In this document: positions 1 to 10,469 of the stretch, one piece after another
How the letters are laid out: every line of letters begins with the position of its first letter
How positions within the stretch are numbered: position 1 is the first letter of the stretch
NCBI RefSeq assembly: GCF_018350175.1
Contig: NC_058368.1
Span: 106,890,001 to 106,954,000, forward strand
Direction of reading: 5' to 3'
Source: Felis catus
Lineage: Eukaryota
DNA: 64,000 nt
Made by a program: the position numbers and the translations under genes
Notes under the pieces: generated by a model
Databases searched by the model: none
Told to the model about the DNA's origin: nothing
Seen by the model: only the letters and a program-made list of their open reading frames with translations

Positions 1-607
1 AATATAGGACTTCATGTGAAATACTGAATAATCATGACCTAACACAATATCTGACATATAAGAAACAGTAAGTAAGTGCTAACTATCATTAGTGTTGTAT
101 GAAGTAAAAGCTTCCGGAATTAGTAGTATCAGTTTCCTTTGATCCTAAAGCAGCAAACTTTGGTTCTGTAGGGTGGCTGATCATTTAAAATACAAAGCAA
201 TTGAAAAAAAAATGAAATAAATACATAAATAAAATATTAAACAATTGGCTAAAAGTGGATGAAATTGCCCAATTTCCACAGTTTTGTAATCTGTTTCTAA
301 CTCCATTTATTTGATATGTTTTAGTGTTTTGTTAATAAGGTTTATTGATAAAAGTATCAGCTCCATCATATTAACAATTTTTGCTGTTTTTATTTTCTGC
401 AGGAGATCGTGTACAAAATGGGTGGTCAACAAATATTTGAAAAATCAATAAATGCTTGACTATTCTGAAACATTTAAGCAAACTCTAATCTTGGCAGAAC
501 TTCTGTCATACCATTGTTGGCTGGCACACTGAATAATTAATTAGATGATGAAATTATAGACCCTGTGCTGTGATGAAGCTTCACCACTTAAAAATTGCCA
601 GACTACA

Positions 608-780
608 GGGGCACTTGGGTGTCTCAGTCGGTTAAGTGTCCGACTTGGCTCAGGTCATGATCTTGTGGTTTGTGAGTCTGAGCCCCGTGTCAGGCTCTGT
701 GCTGACAGCTCAGAGCCTGGAGCCTGCTTCAGACTCTCTCTCTCTTTCTCTCTCTCTCTCTTCCCCTACCCCACTTGTGT

Positions 781-835
<55 letters not shown>

Positions 836-850
836 GTAAATAAAGTGTAA
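608..850 (+). mobile_element. Can-SINE (feliform SINEC)
   Basis: tRNA-like head ggggcacttgggtgtctcagtcggttaag, (CT)n tract; TSD aaaaattgccagacta at 590-605 and 851-866. Confidence 0.93.
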
Positions 851-890
851 AAAAATTGCCAGACTATAGTAACTTAATAATAAGTCATTT

Positions 891-1345
891 GGGGTGCCTG
901 AGTGGCTCAGTTGCTTAAGCATCCAACTCCTTTTTTTTAATACTTATTTATTTACTTATTTATTTATTTATGAGAGTGAGAGAGAGCATGCGCACACACG
1001 TGCATGAGGAAGGGGCAGGGAGTGGGGGCAGAGAATCTGAAGCAGGCTCTGCGCAAAGAGCAGAGAGACCAGTGTGGGGACTCGAACCCAGGAACTGTGA
1101 GATCATGATCTGAACTGAAAGCAGACTCAACTGACAGCTACCCAGGTGCCCCTGAGCATCCAACTCTTGATTTCTGCTCAGGTCATGATCTCCAGGTTCC
1201 TGGGTTTGAGCCCTGCATTGAGCTCTACGCTGACAGAGCAGAGCCTGCTTAGGATTCTCTCTCTCCTCTCTTCCTCTCTCTCTGCCCCTCCCCTGCTTGC
1301 ACGCATGCACTTTCTGTCTCTGTCTCTCAAAACAAATAAGTAAAC
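891..1345 (+). mobile_element. Can-SINE interrupted by a nested antisense Can-SINE
   Basis: Head at 891-929; body resumes at about 1155 and runs to 1345. Confidence 0.9.
930..1152 (-). mobile_element. Can-SINE nested in the previous SINE
   Basis: Reverse-oriented SINE flanked by duplicated host sequence agcatccaactc (918-929 and 1155-1166). Confidence 0.9.
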
Positions 1346-2477
1346 AGTAACAATGTTATTTGGAATTTTTGCTTTCATAGTAATTTAGACCCAAAAGTGT
1401 AGTTATGATCTATGGCAATGCCTTGCTTAACAAAAAGGAAAAATAAGTTCCAGGTAAATTAGTTGTAAGAGACAGTATTGGAGCCCATTTTCCTCATATC
1501 AAGGCCAGAATATTTGGCTTTTTCTTTTAATGTCTGTCTGTCTTTAATCGCAGTGACATGATTTGGGGAAATATCCAGTTGTTTAGTAGTATCTTCTATA
1601 ATAAAGTAAGAACTAATTTAGAAGACCTTGGGATTTCACTTGTTTCAAGTATCTGTTCATATTTCACATATATGCAATGAAATTTTTACCCAAATGTATT
1701 TTATAAAGAAAATAATTAATAGTAATAGTCTGATATTTTTCATTGCCTGAGTGTGCTAATTAAAATTAGATCCTGAGGCTATTAGACTATTTAATTTCGT
1801 GAGAAAGCTTATTCTGTTAGTTTCAAAGGCAGAAATGATGGTGTTTTAGTTAAACGAATTATAGAACTTCCATTATTTCCTGGATACAATTTTCATTTTC
1901 AGGTTATTCCCAGACAGTTACAAAACTTAACTTGCATAAGGAATGCAACTAACATGTTTTCCTCTTGTTTTCAAAATTTTATGAGAGGCACTGTTCAGCC
2001 ATTATCCACTAAAATTATGTATTTTGAGTTATCATGTGTCTGTAGTTACTTCATTGCATTTTTTTTATAATCCTGAACACTGATGTATGACTTTGGTGTG
2101 TTGATGTCCTTTGGAGTTGATAGAATTCTTTACATATTTTGCTAACTATGGCTAAATCTTTACTCTGTAGAAAATAGCATGCTTAGTTAATAAATCATTG
2201 TTTTCAGAAACAAAGCCATGTTTGCTCTTTCACATGTAACTCTGATACCATAAAACAATTGTATTTTCACAGTCAAATAAGCATCAGCTTATTTGTGTTA
2301 CAAATTAAATCTAGTGATATATTTGGACCTGAAAGACTTCTCTCATCAAAGACCATTGTATATCAAATATGTTCTTCTTTGAAAAATATCCTACAAATGA
2401 AGACAGACTCCATTCAGCTGAAATATAAGGAATCCATGAAAAGGGTATTTTATTAAAAAATCCAGATTATCATATTT

Positions 2478-2718
2478 GTTTTAATTTTTTTTAATGTTTA
2501 TTTATTTTTGACAGAGAGAGAGACAGAGCATGAACGGGGGAGGGTCAGAGAGAGGGAGACACAGAATCCGAAACAGGCTCCAGACTCTGAGCTGTCAGCA
2601 CAGAGCCCAACACGGGGCTCGAGTTCACAGACCACAAAATCACGACCGGAGCCAAAGTCGGACGCTCAACCGCCTGAGCCACCCAGGCGCCCCCCCTTAT
2701 TTTTTAATTTTTTTAATG
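2478..2718 (-). mobile_element. Can-SINE plus an extra tail-like segment
   Basis: Reverse SINE ending ccaggcgcccc at about 2694; TSD cagattatcatattt at 2463-2477 and 2719-2733. Confidence 0.92.
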
Positions 2719-2762
2719 CAGATTATCATATTTTTATTTGTACAATATTCTATCTCTCCTAG

Positions 2763-2940
2763 TGCTCAATTACCTGTGGCAAAGGAATGCAGTCCCGTGT
2801 TATTCAGTGCATGCATAAGATCACAGGAAGACATGGAAATGAATGTTTTTCTTCAGAGAAACCTGCAGCATACAGGCCATGCCACCTTCAGCCTTGCAAT
2901 GAGAAGATTAATGTAAATACCATAACGTCACCCCGGCTGG
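2763..2940 (+). CDS. ADAMTS19: ADAMTS19 penultimate coding exon (last TSP1 repeat)
   Basis: Acceptor ctcctAG (2761-2762) and donor G|GTAAGC (2941). Translates as [59 protein letters not shown]. 178 nt, ends in phase 1, matching the next exon. Confidence 0.95.
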
Positions 2941-3495
2941 GTAAGCAGACCAAAAAGGGGATGGTTTTGAGAAGCATGGAAATGCTTATGGCTGTTTTGT
3001 GTATTATCATAAAACTTTGTCATAAATAAATCTATATGAATTAGTTTGGTTCTAACTAAACTAAAACTATGCTTGACTATAGTTTAGTCCCAATGGTCAG
3101 GAGGATAAAAAAAATCCTAAAGACTAAACAAGACTCCTGAAACTGTCTACTCAGAGCCAGGCCCTGGAAATACAAATGCCACACCTCTCAAGGTCATCAT
3201 AGAAAGGGTTGGAGGATATAATCATATTTTGGTTCTGACCAGTTTTGTGGTAGAACTATCAACTAAGGTAATGGCTCTGGAAAGGTGAGATTGTGGTATA
3301 TACCTTAGATGTCTCTGTTGTCAATAGCCTTCCTTTTGACCCTGGGTGCAAATTATCCTTTCGAGAGAGACAGAGTAAAAAATGGCTTTCAATAGGAATG
3401 GATACCTGGATCTAATCCACCAAACAAGAGGGAATAGCTTTTGAATCCTTAAGGACATAATATTAGATACAAATAAATGCTATTAGCATGGATTT

Positions 3496-5490
3496 ATGGA
3501 AAACCCAAAAGACTCCACCAAAAAGCTGCTAGAACAGATACATGAATTCAGCAAAGTCATAGGATACAAAATCAATGTACAGAAATCGGTTGCATGTCTA
3601 TATACCAATAATGAAGCAACAGAAAGAGAAATCAAGAAATTGATCCCATTTACAATTGCACCAAGAACTGTAAAATACCTAGGAATAAACTTAACCAAAA
3701 ATGTAAAAGATCTGTATGCTAAAAACTATAGAAGACTTATGAAGGAAATTGAAGAAGCCACAAAGAAATGAAAAACATTCCATGCTCATGGATTGCAAGA
3801 ACAAATATTGTTAAAATGTCAATACTGCCCAAAGCAATCTACACATTCAATGCAATCCCAATCAAAATTGCACCATCATTCCTCTCAAAGCTAGAACAAA
3901 CAATCCTAAAATTTCTATGGAACCACAAAAGGCCCCGAATAGCCAAAGTAATTTTGAAGAAGAAGACCAAAGCGGGAGGCATCACAATTCCAGACTTTAG
4001 CCTCTACTACAAAGCTGTAATCATTAAGACAGCATGGTATTGGCATAAACATAGACCAGTGGAACAGAATAGAGAACCCAGAATTGGATCCACAAATGTA
4101 TGGCCAACTAATCCTTGACAAAGCAGGAAAGGGTACCCAGTGGAAAAGGACAGTCTCTTTAGCAATGGTGCTGGGAGAACATAACAGCAACCTGCAGGAG
4201 AATGAAACTAGACCACTTTCTTGCACCATACACAAAAATAAACTCAAAATAGATGAAAGACCTAACTAAATGTGAGACAGGAAACCATCAAGACCCTAGA
4301 GGAGAAAACAGGCAACAACCTCTTTGACCTCAGCTGCAGCGATTTCTTACTTGACATGTCTGCAAAGGCAAGGGAATTAAAAGCAAAAATGAACTATTGG
4401 AACCTCATCAAGATAAAAAAAAAAACTTATGCACTGCAAAGGAAGCAATCAACAAAACTAAAAGGCAACTGACAGAATGGGAAAAGATATTTGCAAATGA
4501 CGTGTCAAATAAAGGGTTAGTATCCAAAATCTATAAAGATCTTACCAAACTCTACACCTGAAAAACAAATAATCCACTCAAAACATGGGCAGAAGACATG
4601 AATAGACACTTTTCCAAAGAAGACACCCAGATGGCCAACAGACATACGAAACGATGCCCAACGTCATTCCTCATCAGGGAAATACAAATCAAAACCACAA
4701 TGAGATACCACCTTACACCAGTCAGAGTGGCTAAAATTAACAGCTCAGGAAACAACAGATGCTGGCGAGGATGTGGAGAAATGGGAACCCTCTTGCACTG
4801 TTGATAGGATTGCAAACTGGTGCAGTTGCTCTGGCAAACAGTGTGGAGGTTTCTCAAAAAATTAAAAATAGAACTCCCCTATCACCTGGCAATAGCACTA
4901 CTAGGAATTTATCCAAAGGATACAGGAGTGCTGATGCATAGGGGCACATGTACCCCACTGTTTATAGCAGTGCTTTCAACAATAGCCAAATTATGGAAAG
5001 AGCCTAAATGCCTATCAACTGATGAATGGATAAAGAAGATGTGCTTTATATATACAATGGAATACTGCTTGGCAATGAGAAAGAATGAAATCCTGCCATT
5101 TGCAGCAATGTGGATGGAACTGGAGGGTATTATGTTAAGTGAAACAAGTCAGTCAGAGAAAGATATCATATGTTTTCACTCATATGTGAAACTTGAGAAA
5201 CTTAACAGAAGACCATGTGGGGAGGGAAGGGGTAAAAATAGTTACAAACAGAGAGGGAGGGAGGCAAACCATAAGAGACTCTTAAATACAGAGAACAAAC
5301 TGAGGGTTGATTGGGGGGCAGGGGGTCTGGGGAAAGAGGAAAATGGGTGATGAGCACTGAGGAGAGCACTTGATGGGATGAGCCCTGGGCATTGTATGTA
5401 AGTGATGAATCACGGAATCTACCCCCAATCCAAGAGCACACTGTATACACTGTATGTTAGCCAACTTGACAATAAATTATATTTAAAAAA
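3496..5490 (+). mobile_element. 5'-truncated carnivore/felid LINE-1 (ORF2 C-terminal half and 3' UTR), frameshifted
   Basis: ORF2 peptides [60 protein letters not shown] and LWKEPKC; G-rich 3' UTR, AATAAA at 5471 and a short A tail. Confidence 0.96.
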
Positions 5491-6344
5491 ATGAATGTAG
5501 CCACAGGAAAAATAATGTATATACATGTTTATATATAAAAATACTAAATAAATGAGAAAAATGAAAAAAATGTTGATTTGCATATTTTTATGTTATAAAA
5601 TGTTTTCATATATATTCTCAGTTCCCGTTATTCAATCTAATCTATCATCAAGAAACAGATTATGTATTTTCAGTAAATATAGCCTATGCTTGCCTAAAAA
5701 AAATCATAAATGAATTAGCCTTTATTTCTGTAGCAACTAGTGGCTTTTAACAACAGTACTACCTGTCTGTCATTGGGGTAATTTATGCTTACCACCTTTA
5801 CTTTTAATCTGCATGTACAATCTACAGGGTGACAATTTAATCAAACAGAACAATGTTGCCAAAATCAAAGGAGATAAATTGTCATAGATATTTTTTAAGC
5901 AGATTCAACCCAATGGAAAAGTTTGGTTCTTCGTGGAAATAAAAATATTCCCGTTTTCTAGCCAAATAATTAACATTTCTAGGAAATAGTCAGTTCAAAG
6001 AGAATTAAGAGTAGTTAAGACAAAAAGTTAAGCAATCCTAGAGCAGATGCCCTAAATCCATGTATTCAAAAACAACATAATCCCTTTCTCTAGCAATTAG
6101 TTGGAGTCCTTCTTGAAATATCACGGGGCAGAAAATAATGGATTAAAAGAAAAGTTTAATTAAAATTGCATTTTCTCCATTTATTATTTCTTGAAGGTAT
6201 ATCCCTGAACACACAAGCACAGTGGAAAACCTAAGGTTTTAAAAAGGAAAATAATGAATCTTATTAGAATAGTGGCAAAAGAAAGATTTCACATACCTTA
6301 TCACTGTAAATTTCAATCACTTTTGATAATCAGCTTTGATTTTA

Positions 6345-6569
6345 TTTTTTTATTAAAATTTTTTTAACGTTTTATTTATTTTTGAGACAGAGAGAGACAG
6401 AGCATGAACGGGGGAGGGGCAGAGAGAGAGGGAGACACAGAATCGGAAGCAGGCTCCAGGCTCCGAGCCATCAGCCCAGAGCCCGACGCGGGGCTCGAAC
6501 TCACGGACCGCGAGATCGTGACCTGAGCAGAAGTCGGACGCTTAACCGACTGAGCCACCCAGGCACCCC
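6345..6569 (-). mobile_element. Young Can-SINE
   Basis: CpGs intact; perfect TSD tcagctttgatttta at 6330-6344 and 6570-6584. Confidence 0.96.
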
Positions 6570-6923
6570 TCAGCTTTGATTTTAAAGATGTGTAAAATCA
6601 AGATCCCCAGATATCCCACCTAGATATGCCTGACATCTAAGAAAGGAGGAATGTGAAATAAGTGAGCGCATTTGTTTTGGTATTTCATCCATAACAATAC
6701 TTGTTAATTTATATTCCCATAAAGGTGGATATAGTGAGCCTTTTCGTTTTTCTTTTTAATCTTCTCAACTGAAAATCCAAAAAGAAGCTTAAATGAAAGT
6801 CATAAAATTGAGCCTTAAACGCCATTTGTATCACAACTCACTGAATTTGAGAAATCTAGCTTGAATGAGTCTGAAAGGGCTCATAAGTAAGACCGTTATT
6901 CATCCACTTTACTCCTTTATTAT

Positions 6924-6926
<3 letters not shown>

Positions 6927-6962
<36 letters not shown>
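6927..6962. repeat. (GT)n microsatellite
   Basis: Uninterrupted GT run about 150 bp upstream of the last ADAMTS19 exon. Confidence 0.95.
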
Positions 6963-6964
<2 letters not shown>

Positions 6965-7111
6965 CCTAATCTTACTGTTAAGTTCTAGAAGGCAATATGA
7001 ACGAGTCAAAGTGCGTGTGCAAAATCCTTCCCCTTAAGTGATTGCTACTTGTTTTGCCCCTGGCACTGAGGATATCGACGTGTATTGAGTTCCCTGTTTT
7101 CTTCTTCGCAG

Positions 7112-7263
7112 CTGCGCTGACTTTCAAGTGCCTGGGAGACCAGTGGCCTGTGTACTGCCGAGTGATACGTGAGAAGAACCTATGTCAGGACATGCGTTGG
7201 TATCAGCGCTGCTGTGAGACGTGCAGGGACTTCTATGCCCAAAAGCTGCAGCAGAAGAGTTGA
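7112..7263 (+). CDS. ADAMTS19: ADAMTS19 terminal coding exon (PLAC domain)
   Basis: Acceptor ttttcttcttcgcAG (7110-7111). Joins in phase to give [50 protein letters not shown], stop TGA 7261-7263. Six-Cys PLAC pattern; matches the recalled ADAMTS19 C-terminus. Confidence 0.95.
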
Positions 7264-8395
7264 CCTCTAGCAGGCTGGCTGGCTCACAGCTCTTTGCAAT
7301 TACATTATTTATAAACACACACACTAGCATGTTTCTCAGACCAAATATTATCAGATTACGTATAATTTAATCAGATTAATTTATTTTGGTGCCCGCCAAA
7401 CATCCAATATGGTGTTTGTTTTGGTCATACAAACATTTTGATTTATACTATATGGCTTCATAAATAATTTTATATGAATAAGTTGGATCCAGTTTCCAGA
7501 ATAAAAATAAAAAGGGAAAAAAAAACAAAACAAGGTCATTAGGCTCAAAAAAAAAAATTTTTTTTAAGTTAGGGCTGTCTCTAAGGTGCTATTCTCTCCC
7601 TGCCGATACCATTGAGTTATCCAGAATGTATACTAACTTAGTGTAATAGTTTAGTTATATAAGGAGAGAAGTCATTTTTGTTTTCTTGGTTTCCTGATGC
7701 AGAATTAGCCCATTTTCTGTCACCTACAGGAGATGTGGAAACATAACAAACCTCAGAGTGTTGAACAGGTTTTTAGAGAATGTATTATGAATTTGGTTCG
7801 GATTTAGAGATATCCATAGGAAAAATTCTACTGTAATTATAACCTTATTTTAATAATGGAAAGGAAAAGTCAAAATAGAGACTTTGATCATGTTCATGAA
7901 CATGTACTTGAACACAAGTAGTGTAACAATGAAACACTGTAATGATTTACACTGAATCACCATTGCACTGTTGATATAGTGTAGAGAAACCATTATAGAA
8001 ATGGTAACATCCTACAAAAATATGTATTATTTTAACATGTTGTCATTAGATTTTAGCTTTTTAAAATATTTTGAACAAAGAAAGCAGCGATCCACCCGTT
8101 TCCTTGTATCTTTTTAGTAGATTTATAAAAGAGCATAGTACTTAGCCTCACGAATCATCATGAGAAAACTTACCAATTATTTTCCAGCCTTTTCCCTAGA
8201 AACAAGAAGAAACAAAATGCTTATGATACTGTGGTAGTTTCATTGTGTTTTTTCCTTTCGAAAACTAAAAGTTTTACAATTCTGTGAAACGTTAAAAAAA
8301 ACAGCTTAAATGTTTTCTTGTGAGAAAATGTTGTACATGATTCACATGATTTCTTAGATTTTTTTTCAATAAAATATGTGAAGCTTCCTGTTGGG
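7264..8395 (+). other. ADAMTS19: Probable ADAMTS19 3' UTR
   Basis: AT-rich sequence without recognisable repeats after the stop, with AATAAA signals near 7500-7511 and at 8368-8373. The 3' end is inferred. Confidence 0.6.
8368..8373 (+). terminator. Candidate distal polyadenylation signal of ADAMTS19
   Basis: AATAAA preceded by a U-rich tract and a TGTA element, at the end of the unique 3' sequence. Confidence 0.55.
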
Positions 8396-8850
8396 AGGCA
8401 CTTCTTCACAGGTCTCTCACGTCTCTACACACCTTGGCACTGTCTGCTTTTGTTCGGGAGTATCTGGTAAGGGATGTTTGTATGGCCGTGGAAGACAGTT
8501 GCACAGCCTTGGATAAAGATGATGGAGCAAAGGGCAGACGTGCCTACCTCTCCTTATAAAGGTTTCCGGCCCTAAAACGGGGGTCCCTCTCCTGTGATAC
8601 AAGTCACTGCATGTGCAGATATCACCCTGCTGTCTTTGTGTCACCCTGGGGGAGTTGGGGCTCAGGAAACTGGCACAAGAAAATGCTGACTCTGTGCTAC
8701 TGCTATTGCTGTGAGTAACAAAGTCCTTTGTCTCCAACCCAGAGACAAAGAGTCTTCTCTTTGTCTTCTGTGTTCTGCCCTCAAAGTGGGCAGGCTGATA
8801 CAACAGATTGGAAGTAGAGTAAAACCTCACCATCTGCACGGTTCATGACA
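8389..8850 (+). mobile_element. Solo ERVL-class LTR, LTR40-like
   Basis: TGTTGGGAG...CATGACA termini, TATAAA near 8555, degenerate polyA signal (gagtaacaaagtcctttgtctc), and a 5-bp TSD cttcc/catcc with one mismatch. Confidence 0.8.
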
Positions 8851-9095
8851 CATCCCTCATCAGTGATTTTTTACCTTCATTTTAATATGGAGGGCATTTT
8901 GATTCTAGATGTCCCCTTACTTATGTATATTCTTTCCTTTAATTGCTGAGATATAAAATTAACTAATATCCACACATCTTAAGTCACGAGAGTACGGGCA
9001 TCAGAGAGGTAAAAAATTACATTTTAAGATGAGACGTTCTCAATCTCATCCCTTGATTCCTAAGTCTGTGAATCTAAGTAGAAATAGCACCCTGT

Positions 9096-9312
9096 GGGGC
9101 ACCTGGGTGACTCAATTAGTTGGTTAAGCATCCATTGGTTAAGTGGTCATGATGTCACGGTTCGTGGGTTCAAGCCCCACGTCGGGTCTGTGCTGACAGC
9201 TCAAAGCCTGGAGCCTGCTTCGGGTTCTGTGTCTCCCTCCCTCGCTGCCCCTCCCCCACTTGCACTCTGTCTCTCTCCACCTCAAAACTAAATAAGCATT
9301 TTTAAAAAATTA
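9096..9312 (+). mobile_element. Can-SINE with internal micro-rearrangement
   Basis: SINE head and tail; tggttaag is repeated inside the head. Confidence 0.9.
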
Positions 9313-9317
9313 AAATG

Positions 9318-9700
9318 ATGAATCAGAACATATGCAGTATCTTAGAAGACCTTCAGAATGTTTTGACCCAGTTGGTGCTAGAACTGAATAGTGAGAGAGA
9401 GACAGAGACTGCATCATTCTATCAGGCCATCTGTTTCAGGGTGATGGTAATACCAGAGATTTGCATGAGCATGAGGCCTGTGCCACATTTTATTTGTTGT
9501 AACACAGGTTCCCTGAACAGAAGCAAATATTGTATGGAATACCATAGCAGAGAATGAGGCATTTGGTAAATGAATGGGTGGTATTGTGGCAAAAACTTGG
9601 CAGGCTGAGAAGGCAAGTCCATGTTCAGGGTAAGTGTCTATTTCTATGAGAACAAATTACTCCTTGTTTTGTGATAGAAGCGATCTAATGTAATCCTGCA
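9318..9700 (-). mobile_element. ERVL integrase remnant (minus strand)
   Basis: Reverse complement resembles ERVL IN (atagacacttaccctgaacatggacttgcc...tatggtattccatacaatatt...ctcatgctcatg...ctggtattaccat). Confidence 0.75.
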
Positions 9701-9705
9701 ATCAA

Positions 9706-10465
9706 GATGGTTTGGCTGGATTGGCAAGGACTGGAAGGAGTGTGATTTTGAAACTGGTGATGAGGGAGTTCTAAGGAAAAGGTATATGGGCAGACCTTCC
9801 TGAAGAACTTTTATCCATATATTCTATTTGACCCCTCACCAAAGAGCACCCTCACCAGAGAGGTCTCAGTCATCAAGTGGATGAGATGACAAGGTCTGTG
9901 TATGTTGGCCAGTGTCTTTCCTCAGCCACCCTTTTCATTGCCAATAGGCTCAGGAACAAGAGACACTGGTGGCAGAAATGGAGATTGTGCTTGGGTTCAG
10001 CAACATGAACATCCACTCACCAAGGCCAGTCACTGCAGAGAGCTCAACCTACCAATAACAGAGAAGATATTTTTTCCCATGACGGTAGAATTCTTTGGGA
10101 AGACCTGCCCACCACCTTGAGTGCAGTATGCTTACATCAGTTCACTTGTGTCACAACATAGGCAGCGACTTGTTCTCACAGAAAGAGCTACTTGCCCTGA
10201 ATGTGCATTTGCCCTTCCCAGCCTCCGAAGTTTCTGCCAAAATTTCTTCTATGAACCTACCAAATGTTTCATTCACTATTGTGGCATTCCATACAATATT
10301 GTTTTTGTACAGAGAACTCATAGTACGGCAAATCAAACATAGCAGTGGGCTCATGCTCATGTAAATCTCTGGTATTACCATGTTCCTCATCACCCTCAAG
10401 CACATGGCCTAACAAAATGATACAGTGCCTTTTTTTTTTTCTTATTATTCAATTCTGGCACCAGT
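9706..10465 (+). mobile_element. ERVL RNase H/integrase remnant (plus strand, inverted relative to its flanks)
   Basis: gatggtttggctgga..., catcaagtggatgagatgac and peptide GGRNGDCAWVQQHEHPLTKA (ERVL IN zinc-finger region); gcagtgggctcatgctcatg. Confidence 0.8.
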
Positions 10466-10469
10466 ATTG

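Noticed and set aside
385..459. Acceptor-like ttttctgcAG followed by an 18-codon frame and AATAAA, suggesting an alternative last exon of ADAMTS19
   Set aside because: AATAAA overlaps the frame before its stop, the peptide is unrecognisable, and the sequence resembles an L2/MIR tail.
7261..7270. Stop-codon readthrough at ADAMTS19 TGA CCT CTAG
   Set aside because: It is not the UGA-CUAG motif; only a +4 C is present, with no other support.
7889..7904. 16-bp palindrome catgttcatgaacatg, with p53-like half sites
   Set aside because: Short and loopless with imperfect half sites; plausible by chance.
8417..8839. 140-aa minus-strand ORF
   Set aside because: Lies entirely within the solo LTR; no protein features.
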